A DNA stretch of 50,000 bases, taken from positions 1 to 50,000 of the forward strand of contig JAYPAP010000010.1 in assembly GCA_038123735.1 (NCBI GenBank), read 5' to 3'. The notes under the pieces are model-generated. The model ran no database searches and had not been told where the DNA came from. It saw nothing but the letters and a program-made list of their open reading frames with translations. Below are positions 42,258-50,000 of the stretch, one piece after another. Positions within the stretch are counted from its first letter, which is position 1. Every line of letters begins with the position of its first letter. This DNA is from Deltaproteobacteria bacterium (GTDB taxonomy: Bacteria; Myxococcota_A; UBA796; GCA-2862545). Position numbers and translations under genes: made by a program.

Positions 42258-43961
42258 ATGTTGACCTGCCTGCGTGTGAGACACCTTGCGATCATCGATG
42301 AACTTGAGCTTGAACTCGGCCCAGGCCTCAATGTTGTCACTGGGGAAACCGGGGCGGGTAAGTCTATTCTCGTCACAGCACTACAGTTGGTGCTCGGTGC
42401 TCGGGCGAGACCGGAGGTGGTTCGAACCGGATGCGAGCGTGCTGAGGTAGAGGCCTTATTTTCCATATCGGGCGACTCCAACACGAAGCGGATCCTCGAA
42501 GAGGAAGGCCTGGATCATGATGCGCATGAATTGGTGCTACGCCGGGTCATCCGATCGGGCGGCGGTAGTCGGGCTTTGGTAAATGGTCGGCTTGCAACCT
42601 TGGCTCAACTGCGTCGCATCGCCGGAGGCCTGGTCGATATCAGCTCCCAGCATGAGCATACGACCCTCGTAGATGCCAAGACCCATCTGGGATACTTGGA
42701 TTCATTTGGCCAATTGGTGCCGTTGCTCGAAGATCTTCGCGGCGGATTCGAATCGTTGGTCGAGCAGGATCGGCGATTGCAGCACGCTCGGCGAGCACTC
42801 GAGGGACGCGGCGAGCGGGAGTCATTTCTGCGCTATCAATTGCATCAGGCCACCGAGGTCAGTCCGGCTCCGGGGGAGCTCGAGTCGGTCAAACATGAGC
42901 TTGATCGTATTCAGTACGCTGAGCGATTATCCAACCACCTCGGGAGGGCATTGGTTAACTTAGACGGGGAGCATGGCGTGCTCGCGTTGGCGGCCGCAGC
43001 CCATGCTGAGATCGAGCGCGCGGAGCGCTTCGATACGCAATTATCTGGTTTACTGCCACGTCTTTCAGGTGTCTTAGAAGAGGCCCAGGATGTGGCGCTC
43101 GACCTGAGGCGTCACCTGGAGGATTGGGACACGGTCGGCGGGCGAGGGGAAGCCCTCGAGGAGCGATACAATGCGCTAAAGCGCGTTCTTCGGCCATTTG
43201 GGGGAGATCACGAAGCATTTCAGCGTTTCATATCCGAAGCGGAAGAAGAGCTGGAAGAGATGGCGTCTCTCGAAGATCAGGTGGGGGAGTACCGTGCAAA
43301 GACAGAGGAGATCCTAGGAAGGGTGGCGGCACTGGCCCGCGAGCTGAGCGAACGGCGCCGGAATGTTGCGGGGGAGCTCTCCGCCGCGATCACGGGTGAA
43401 TTAGCTGATCTCGGCATGGGCGATGCGCGGGTTCATGTGGAGGTTGGCGCCTTACAAGGCGCAACGGGGCGGTTTGATCTGGATGGCGCCCGATTATCTG
43501 CGGAAGGCGTTGACCGGGCGGAGTTTCTGATCGCGCCTAATCCCGGTGAGTCGCCGCGCCCGTTGGCTAAAGTGGCGTCGGGAGGAGAGCTTTCCCGTGC
43601 GCTTCTCGCACTGAAGAGCGTGCTGCTCGGCCTCGGTCCAGTGGCCATGTATGTCTTCGACGAAGTGGATACCGGCGTAGGCGGTGCCATCGCTGAAGCC
43701 ATTGGGAGAAAGATCAGGGGGCTCGCAGAACACCACCAGGTCTTCTGTATTACGCATCAACCCCAGATCGCGGCGTTTGGTCATACCCATCTGCACGTCC
43801 ACAAATCGGTCGATGCGGATGGGCGCACCCGTAGCCAAGTCACCTCCTTGCACGGTGATGCGCGAGAGCTTGAGATGGCGAGGATGTTAGCGGGAGCCAG
43901 AGTCACGGCCGAGGCTCGAGCGGCGGCCGCATCACTGCTCGATGAAGCGGGAGCCCTGTAG
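42258..43961 (+). CDS. recN: DNA repair protein RecN
   Basis: MLTCLRVRHLAIIDELELELGPGLNVVTGETGAGKSIL carries Walker A. A long coiled coil follows, with C-terminal SGGELSR and Walker B MYVFDEVDTGVGG. Confidence 0.95.
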   Translation: MLTCLRVRHLAIIDELELELGPGLNVVTGETGAGKSILVTALQLVLGARARPEVVRTGCERAEVEALFSISGDSNTKRILEEEGLDHDAHELVLRRVIRSGGGSRALVNGRLATLAQLRRIAGGLVDISSQHEHTTLVDAKTHLGYLDSFGQLVPLLEDLRGGFESLVEQDRRLQHARRALEGRGERESFLRYQLHQATEVSPAPGELESVKHELDRIQYAERLSNHLGRALVNLDGEHGVLALAAAAHAEIERAERFDTQLSGLLPRLSGVLEEAQDVALDLRRHLEDWDTVGGRGEALEERYNALKRVLRPFGGDHEAFQRFISEAEEELEEMASLEDQVGEYRAKTEEILGRVAALARELSERRRNVAGELSAAITGELADLGMGDARVHVEVGALQGATGRFDLDGARLSAEGVDRAEFLIAPNPGESPRPLAKVASGGELSRALLALKSVLLGLGPVAMYVFDEVDTGVGGAIAEAIGRKIRGLAEHHQVFCITHQPQIAAFGHTHLHVHKSVDADGRTRSQVTSLHGDARELEMARMLAGARVTAEARAAAASLLDEAGAL

Positions 43962-44953
43962 TGTCGGTAAAAACAAAGATTTGCTGTATCTCAAGCGCGG
44001 AGGAGGTCGACCTCGCCATCCGCTTGGGGGCCGATGTGCTCGGATTTGTGGGAGAGCAGCCATCGGGCCCGGGGAGGCTGGATGATTCCGTGATTGCAGA
44101 GCTGATTCGCCATGTTCGGGGGCGGCGGCCGTGCTGGTTGCTCACCAGCGCGGTGGATGAGTCATCGCTTTCATCCCAGATTGCGCGCACCCGGCCGCAG
44201 GTGGTCCAACTATGTGATCACGTCGAGTCCGCCGTCTATGTGGCTCTGCGAAAGCAGTTTCCCGAACTTAGCATCGTCCAAGTGGTACATGTAAGTGAAG
44301 ACGGTGCGTTGGAGCGTGTGCAGGCCCTCGGCTCGCTGCCGGATGCCATCTTGCTCGATTCTGGGATCACCTCAGGGCCGGATCGCAAGCTAGGAGGGAC
44401 GGGCCAAACCCATGATTGGCGCGTGTCACGGCGCATCGTGCGCGCGGCCGCGGTACCCGTTTGGCTGGCAGGGGGGTTGTCACCGGCCAATGTGGAGACG
44501 GCTATCCGTCAGGTCCAGCCGGCTGGGGTAGACCTATGCTCTGGGGTGCGCGATCAGCAATACCTGCTCAAAGAGAGCTTGCTATCATCATTTATGGAGG
44601 CTGTTCGCCGAGGCTCAGCACCGATTCAGCTCGAGAAAGGCGCCCCTTTAGCAGCTTACCAGCGCTATATTCATAGTCTTGAGGCGATGCATGATTGGTT
44701 GCATCTCTCCATGTCCGACAATGGATTTCTGATGATGGAAGAGCTCGGAGAGCTGCATGCTGAGATTCGCCGCTTCGAGAAGGCAAAACAAAATGGGGAT
44801 GCGGAGGCGATGGCCGCACATCGAGGCCGAGCTGGTGAGGAACTGGTCGATGTCTTGAACTACTTATTGGCCCAAGCCAACCGCCTAGAGATCGATCTCG
44901 AGCACGAATTTCGCGCTAAGAACATCAAGAACCAAGAGCGCTCCTGGGACTGA
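43961..44953 (+). CDS. trpF: phosphoribosylanthranilate isomerase (TrpF) fused to a MazG-like nucleotide pyrophosphohydrolase domain
   Basis: The N-terminal half carries KICCISS..., GGTGQTHDW, LAGGLSPANV and GVDLCSGVR. The C-terminal ~100 aa carry MMEELGELHAEI...EELVDVLNYLL, which are MazG-type EExxE/ExxD helices. The GTG start overlaps the recN stop by 1 nt. Confidence 0.85.
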   Translation: MSVKTKICCISSAEEVDLAIRLGADVLGFVGEQPSGPGRLDDSVIAELIRHVRGRRPCWLLTSAVDESSLSSQIARTRPQVVQLCDHVESAVYVALRKQFPELSIVQVVHVSEDGALERVQALGSLPDAILLDSGITSGPDRKLGGTGQTHDWRVSRRIVRAAAVPVWLAGGLSPANVETAIRQVQPAGVDLCSGVRDQQYLLKESLLSSFMEAVRRGSAPIQLEKGAPLAAYQRYIHSLEAMHDWLHLSMSDNGFLMMEELGELHAEIRRFEKAKQNGDAEAMAAHRGRAGEELVDVLNYLLAQANRLEIDLEHEFRAKNIKNQERSWD

Positions 44954-44954
44954 T

Positions 44955-46001
44955 TCAATCGCCGGGCAGGAGCCTCGGCCCATCGCCATGAGCGGATACG
45001 CCGGGCCGTACCTTGAGCGTCCGCCCCACGGAGCGTCCGGCCTCTGTCGCGTCATTGACGCGTACGCGCTGCCTTCGCCCTCGTCTGACGCGAGGATATC
45101 TTGATGTGAAATACTGGGTAAAGCCAGGAGTTTCGAGTGATACGAGGGCATACTCCGCGTCGGTCGGCTCCGCTGCTAGGCTCTGGCGGAACCCATCCAT
45201 GACGCCGAACAAAAAGGTCCTGCGGTCGGCATTGCTCTTCGACCCACTCTGTTTTCGGTGGGCGCGCCAAGCGGACTCTCCGGCAACTCGCAGGAAGTCG
45301 TGGACGTAGCTGGCCACTTCCACGTGATGAACCGGTCCTAGGATCTCGAGCACTCGGCCCCAGCGCCCCCGGTCGGGGCGGTAGGCCCGAGCGAGGATGC
45401 CGTCGACGCCGAAGTGCTCCGTGAGGACCGCAAATAGACACTTCTCCCATGGGTCGAATCGGCCTTTCGTGGGGCCTACCTGGCGAAACGTATAGTTCGA
45501 GCCATGCGTGTTCAGACTCACGTCATGCTGCGCGAGTAGCCGTCGGGCAGCGTTGGCTGCGGCTGCGGCTTCATTGGGCTCCGGGCTCTCGGCGAGGCGT
45601 AGCAAGGCCTGGATACGTCGAATGATCTTCGATTCTTCGGGTGAATGCTCCGGTGCCGGCAAGCCAGCGGCGCGGGCATCAATGCCTCGTTCCTTGCAAA
45701 TCTTGCGAAAGGCCGGTCCGTGAGGTGACTCGTCGGGGGCCAGCCTAGTCTGGCGCACGTACTGATGTGCCATCTCATGGCGGAGCACTTCGATGACTTG
45801 GCCCCAAGGACGGCTGATGACGAGTTCACGTTGCAGACTGATTGTCCGGGTGTGGTCCCGATACACCCCGAGCGGGCCATCATCATGTAATCGGAGCACA
45901 ATCGGTCGTAGTTCCCCGCGAAAGTCGCGGGTATTACGGTCGATCCAGGCGGCCTGTAGTTCGCGGAGAACAGCGCGCTCGAGGTCGGCGGTGAGGTGCA
46001 T
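44955..46001 (-). CDS. SprT-like zinc metallopeptidase domain protein with a DUF2786-like region
   Basis: VLRHEMAHQYV is the HExxH motif in an SprT-like N-terminal context. IIRRIQALLRLAESPEPNEAAAAANAARRLL resembles DUF2786. No signal peptide. Confidence 0.7.
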   Translation of the reverse strand: MHLTADLERAVLRELQAAWIDRNTRDFRGELRPIVLRLHDDGPLGVYRDHTRTISLQRELVISRPWGQVIEVLRHEMAHQYVRQTRLAPDESPHGPAFRKICKERGIDARAAGLPAPEHSPEESKIIRRIQALLRLAESPEPNEAAAAANAARRLLAQHDVSLNTHGSNYTFRQVGPTKGRFDPWEKCLFAVLTEHFGVDGILARAYRPDRGRWGRVLEILGPVHHVEVASYVHDFLRVAGESAWRAHRKQSGSKSNADRRTFLFGVMDGFRQSLAAEPTDAEYALVSLETPGFTQYFTSRYPRVRRGRRQRVRVNDATEAGRSVGRTLKVRPGVSAHGDGPRLLPGD

Positions 46002-46004
46002 AGG

Positions 46005-47369
46005 CTACTGCGCAGGCGGCGTAGGCTCGGGGGCGGGGGCCACATCGTTAAGGGAGGTAATCGTCTTCGGGCGGACCTTCTTGGCCTTTTTCAGCACCCG
46101 TTTAGTAGCCCTGGTGGGTACGTCCAAGAGGGTGATCACGCGGTCCCCAAAGCGGTATACGCCGTGCGCGACGGTATCTGACTCGTAGGCAAACCCGTTC
46201 GCCGTCTGTGATAACGCTTCGTCGGGCCGGATTGTCGCGAGCAGGGCTTGAGTGGCCGCCGCATATTCCACGGCCTCAGGCTCGGTGTCCCAGACTGACA
46301 TCGCGACAATCGCTGTTTGGTCATCACGAATAAACGTCCAGATCCGGTCACCTGACCATCCGTTGGCAGCCGAGGCTGCGTCGATGTCGGGAGCGAGCTC
46401 AGAGAGGTACAGCGCGAGCCCAAATTCCCCGAGCGAATCCTGAAAAGCCAACTGAAATGACGGTATCCATCCCTTGGCCTCATTCGACAGATCCAGCGGG
46501 AGGTGGGCTGGATCGCCGTACCGTTCGGGATGGAGGATGTGCTCACTCGATAGGGGTGGATTGGCGAAGCTCTGATTGATAGTCTCCCACCCTCCTTGTT
46601 TGAGGAGACGGTGGGACCACACCATACCTTCCATGTAGGGCGCGGTCAGGGGTGCGGTGAGGACGAGGGGGTGGTTGCCAATGGCACCCTCGGCGCCTCC
46701 GGCTGCGACCATCATCTTCTTCATGAGCTGGAGATCAATCTCCGCAAGGGGAACAGCGAGGGGCATCTGCCCCAGCATCGCCAGGGTTGCGTCTCCCTCG
46801 ATCATGCTGCGGATCGCGAACTCAACATCAGAATTATTGAGGTCTCGGTCGGTGAGCGCATGGAGATCAAAGTGTTGGTCCTGCAAGCTGTGGACGAGCT
46901 CGTGAGCGATCACCACATCGGCCATCATCTGCGCTGCAATACCAGCTGCTACATCCGATTGTTGGACCAATACCAACCTTCTCGTCTCCGGATCGTAGTA
47001 TCCACCGATATTTTCTTGAAGAAGCCGTAGCTGTGACTCGCGAACATCGTAGTCCGATGGGACCAATCCGAAGGCGGCCCAAGTACGCCCTACCGCCTCG
47101 AAGATTTCATCGGAGACATGCTCGGCAACGTCCTGTTCCAGCTTGGCGCGCACCTCAGCGGGGGTCTCTACGCTGATCGACGTATCTCGCAGGTAGGCGA
47201 GCTCTCTGAGCTTAGCGACGTTGGCCTGGATCTCCTGGACCCGAGCCTTGGTGGCTTCTTCGTCTGCAAACAGGTCCGTGGCGCTCGCGGTGGAGGTAAC
47301 GCTGACCCCGAACAGGAACGCCAGTCCCGGAACCGTGAGCCTAGTCCAGCCTCGGCTACTGCTCAGCAA
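46005..47369 (-). CDS. secreted putative zinc metalloprotease (HExxH), family unassigned
   Basis: VIAHELVHSLQDQHF is present. Starting at TTG 47369 gives the signal peptide (M)LSSSRGWTRLTVPGLAFLFGVSVTSTASA. The start is uncertain, and the track start at 47519 would overlap the upstream gene by 160 nt. Confidence 0.6.
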   Translation of the reverse strand: MLSSSRGWTRLTVPGLAFLFGVSVTSTASATDLFADEEATKARVQEIQANVAKLRELAYLRDTSISVETPAEVRAKLEQDVAEHVSDEIFEAVGRTWAAFGLVPSDYDVRESQLRLLQENIGGYYDPETRRLVLVQQSDVAAGIAAQMMADVVIAHELVHSLQDQHFDLHALTDRDLNNSDVEFAIRSMIEGDATLAMLGQMPLAVPLAEIDLQLMKKMMVAAGGAEGAIGNHPLVLTAPLTAPYMEGMVWSHRLLKQGGWETINQSFANPPLSSEHILHPERYGDPAHLPLDLSNEAKGWIPSFQLAFQDSLGEFGLALYLSELAPDIDAASAANGWSGDRIWTFIRDDQTAIVAMSVWDTEPEAVEYAAATQALLATIRPDEALSQTANGFAYESDTVAHGVYRFGDRVITLLDVPTRATKRVLKKAKKVRPKTITSLNDVAPAPEPTPPAQ

Positions 47370-48222
47370 GCGCCGAATCCACGCCAGCTTCAGTTGCACC
47401 CACAACGAATGCGACTGTACAACCCGATGAGTCAGTGTTGATGAATACGCCGGTGCCGTCTGCATTGGTCTCAAGGACAACGTTGGACTTGAACACGCCC
47501 TCTGGAAGGAGGATGACATCAGCAGTGCTGAGGAAGTCCATGATCACATCCTTAGAGCCGCACTCGGGATCGAGCACAAAGGTATCATCGCCGCTGCCGC
47601 CGTAGACGCTGTCCTCTCCCGGACCACCGTCGAGGGTATCGGCCCCGTCTCCGCCGAATAGGGTATCGATCCCGTCATTTCCGTTGAGGACGTCATCCTC
47701 CGGACCGCCGTCGAGGTAGTCATTGCCTTCGCCGCCGTTCATTTCGTCGTTCCCTACATCTCCGTAGAGTTGGTCGTTATCTGCAGCGCCGCGCATGATG
47801 TCGTTGCCCTTCCCCCCGTACAGCACATCATCGCCGACGCCACCACCGAGGGTGTCCACGCCCTGCTCGCCGTAGAGGATGTCATTGCCCTCGTCGCCGA
47901 GAAGGTTGTCAGGGCCAATGCCGCCGTAAAGAATATCGTCACCAGCGCCGCCATCGATCTCATCCGGCCCCACCTGACCATAGAGCTCATCAGGTCCGGC
48001 CAAGCCAAGGACAACATCCGCTCCGGCTCCGGCGAAGATGATGTCTCCAGACGGAGTACCTTCGATGGTGTTGTCATCATCGAGGTTGATCACACCGTCG
48101 GTGTCTTCTGCCGTGTCGCAGTCAGGCGCTGGCGCAACATCGTCCGTACACGAGGCCGCGGTGACCATGAGTGCGACGGTAATCGGGGTCAGAATTGTGG
48201 TGACGAGGGTCGACGGCTTCAT
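47356..48222 (-). CDS. RTX (hemolysin-type Ca-binding repeat) lipoprotein
   Basis: The lipobox is LMVTAASC. It is followed by about 20 tandem nonapeptide repeats of GGxGxDxL/I type (GGAGDDILYGGIGPDNLLGDEGNDILYG...). RBS GGAGA. Confidence 0.85.
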   Translation of the reverse strand: MKPSTLVTTILTPITVALMVTAASCTDDVAPAPDCDTAEDTDGVINLDDDNTIEGTPSGDIIFAGAGADVVLGLAGPDELYGQVGPDEIDGGAGDDILYGGIGPDNLLGDEGNDILYGEQGVDTLGGGVGDDVLYGGKGNDIMRGAADNDQLYGDVGNDEMNGGEGNDYLDGGPEDDVLNGNDGIDTLFGGDGADTLDGGPGEDSVYGGSGDDTFVLDPECGSKDVIMDFLSTADVILLPEGVFKSNVVLETNADGTGVFINTDSSGCTVAFVVGATEAGVDSALAEQ

Positions 48223-48298
48223 GAGGCTTCTCCATCAATGGTCGCTGTTGCGGCATGTTAGCCGCTGCGTACACGCGTTGTGTGTCGATTTGTAAGGA

Positions 48299-49234
48299 AT
48301 GAGCATGGGGCTTCGGGTCGCGCTAGCATCGAACGGTCGGATGGGTCTGATGCTTCTTGATGCTATCCAAGGTTCTTCCCACCAAGTAGTTGGCATCATA
48401 CGCGATGGGCGGGCCCAGGCTGGGGTGCCGGCGTGGATAGACTATTCAGTGGGTTTGGTCGTCGGTATGGAGGGGCAGAGCATTCGCCGGAGGGTGCCCG
48501 TCGCGCGCCTTACCGACCAACGAAGCTCACAGGTTGAACGGGTGGCATCTTGGCGACCCGATATTCTGCTGTCCGCCAACTTCGGGGTCATCTTTCGACG
48601 ACCTCTTCTGGGGGTGCCGGCGGTGGGGGCACTCAACGTACACTGGTCATTACTTCCGCAGTTCCGGGGACCTCAGCCAGCCGCCCAGGCGATCCTCGCG
48701 GGGGAACCCTACACAGGCGTCAGTATCCATGGCTTAGTTCCTAAGATCGACGCTGGCCCGATCTTCGACCAAGTCCAGATGCCGCTGTACCAGACCGATA
48801 CTGCCGCCGGGGTGTATTTTCGCGCCTGTGGGGTAGCGGCCGAGCGTATCGTGCCGGTTCTCGATCGTATTGAGACGGCGGGTTTTCATGGCAACCCTCA
48901 GCATAGCGATATTGGAAGTTACTTTCCTCGCGCCACGATCTCAGATGTAGAGCTGGACTTCAGACAAGGAGTGATGGACGTCTACCGAGTCATCCGCGCA
49001 TTCTCCGACCCGATGCCGCGGTTTTACTGGCGTGGTCGAACCGTCTTCGTCCACCGAGCCGTGCCGGCACCAGGAATGGACGGCCCGCCGGGGGTACTTC
49101 TAGAGAGCGGGAAAACGCCAGTAATCGGCTGTGGTAGCGGGGCGATCCGAATCGTATCTGCATTTACGACCTGGCCTCCCTCGCCGTGGCCGGGCATACT
49201 CCAGCGGCCCCGGAAGGGAGAAGTTGTGGGCTAA
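48299..49234 (+). CDS. formyltransferase family protein (Fmt-like N- and C-terminal domains)
   Basis: DILLSANFGVIF...ALNVHWSLLPQFRG carries the HxSLLPxxRG motif, and the GVSIHGLVPKIDAGPI motif is present. It is not adjacent to def, so it is not called fmt. Confidence 0.8.
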   Translation: MSMGLRVALASNGRMGLMLLDAIQGSSHQVVGIIRDGRAQAGVPAWIDYSVGLVVGMEGQSIRRRVPVARLTDQRSSQVERVASWRPDILLSANFGVIFRRPLLGVPAVGALNVHWSLLPQFRGPQPAAQAILAGEPYTGVSIHGLVPKIDAGPIFDQVQMPLYQTDTAAGVYFRACGVAAERIVPVLDRIETAGFHGNPQHSDIGSYFPRATISDVELDFRQGVMDVYRVIRAFSDPMPRFYWRGRTVFVHRAVPAPGMDGPPGVLLESGKTPVIGCGSGAIRIVSAFTTWPPSPWPGILQRPRKGEVVG

Positions 49235-49238
49235 AAGC

Positions 49239-50000
49239 CTACTTTCCAGCCAACGCTGCTCGGGCATCACCGTGCAGAACCGGAAGGAGCATCTCCGCGA
49301 GCTCTCTATATTGCTTCGCGCCGCGACTCTCGCGGGCAAAGGCGAAGATGTCGTAGCCATCATGTTGCGCTTGCGCGAGGGCGCTGTTGACCCCGATGGA
49401 GAGGGGAAGAACGGCTTCACCCCATCGGTTGGAGATGTCTTGGCGTACGGCTTGATTGAGCTTGCTGTTCCGGCCATCCACCCGGGTGAGCAAGACGCCA
49501 AGAACGTCGACCGTGGGGTTGAGGCGGCCAGCGACTTGGTCGATGGTGTGGGCAAGACCCTCAACTCCTGAGAGGGCAAGCGGGCTTGGATCGCACGGGA
49601 TCAAGACTTGATCCGCCGCGACCAATCCGTTCAGAGATAGCGTTCCCAGGTTGGGTGGGCAGTCGATGATGATGACATCGAACCAAGTCTTGGTGACCTC
49701 GAGTGCATCACGAAGGACCATCTCCTTGCCGATCTTGCTGGCGAGCCGGTCTTCGGCTTCCTTGAGTGCTGGGTCTGGCTGGGTGAGAGATACGTTCGGT
49801 ACATCCGTTTTGGTGATCACCTCCATGACATCCCGCGTGCCACGCTCGGCGAGGAGGACCTCCGCGAGGGAGCCGCTACCCGGCCGCAGCTGGGACTGGA
49901 GGGCGCGCGCGACGTGCATCTGTGGATCAAGGTCGATGAGGAGCACCTTGAGATCATGGAAACGGCCGAGTGCTGCCGCCAGATTGACGCTCGTAGTCGT
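49239..50000 (-). CDS. ParA/Soj-family ATPase (5' end beyond the window)
   Basis: The reading frame continues to position 50000 (..TTTSVNLAAALGRFHDLKVLLIDLDPQ), so the P-loop KGGVGKT is outside the window. IIIDCPPNLG and VLLTRVDGR are present. Confidence 0.9.
   Translation of the reverse strand, partial: TTTSVNLAAALGRFHDLKVLLIDLDPQMHVARALQSQLRPGSGSLAEVLLAERGTRDVMEVITKTDVPNVSLTQPDPALKEAEDRLASKIGKEMVLRDALEVTKTWFDVIIIDCPPNLGTLSLNGLVAADQVLIPCDPSPLALSGVEGLAHTIDQVAGRLNPTVDVLGVLLTRVDGRNSKLNQAVRQDISNRWGEAVLPLSIGVNSALAQAQHDGYDIFAFARESRGAKQYRELAEMLLPVLHGDARAALAGK

Noticed and set aside
42134-42484. 116-aa minus-strand ORF across the recN promoter and 5' end
   Set aside because: It overlaps the confidently called recN start on the opposite strand. 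No motifs.
1-50000. CRISPR arrays, IS elements, integrases, prophage or genomic-island boundaries
   Set aside because: No direct-repeat/spacer periodicity was seen, and no transposase, integrase or recombinase motifs appear in any frame. There is no flanking tRNA. GC-rich composition and codon style appear uniform by eye across the window.

Overview
GC-rich, densely packed chromosomal segment with about 46 protein-coding genes and many 1-8 nt start/stop overlaps. I found no rRNA, tRNA, CRISPR array, transposase or integrase. All family calls come from motif recognition in the supplied translations; no database search was run. The content is mostly housekeeping and envelope genes. These include a MacB-type ABC efflux set with two FtsX permeases and an HlyD adaptor, cysD-cysN sulfate activation, recN, a TrpF-MazG fusion, type I asparaginase, an aldehyde dehydrogenase, an FKBP isomerase, an enlarged POT peptide transporter, and many secreted, lipoprotein or zinc-ribbon membrane proteins. 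Lineage hints point to a Myxococcota-like organism: an S8 protease carrying MopE-like Cys-rich repeats and a MYXO-CTERM-like tail, and Pro-rich zinc-ribbon/TPR proteins. This placement is inference only. The most interesting item is absent from the ORF track. It is a 122-codon minus-strand gene (36970-37338), translationally coupled to the asparaginase, that matches the DCC/DUF393 thiol-disulfide oxidoreductase family. Both cysteines of its DxxCxxC motif are in-frame TGA codons, and a SECIS-like hairpin follows them, making it a candidate UxxU selenoprotein. Secondary items are listed below.
- A coupled PKMT-like methyltransferase / pseudokinase-PP2C / glutaredoxin cassette sits next to a degenerate sigma-54-type activator that lacks the GAFTGA region.
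- CysN carries a vestigial APS-kinase tail.
- The POT transporter has two large loop insertions.
- There is an orphan flavin-dependent halogenase.
- There is an HNH plus ERI-1-like exonuclease pair.
Many long antisense or alternate-frame ORFs in the track are typical GC-rich artefacts and were not called.
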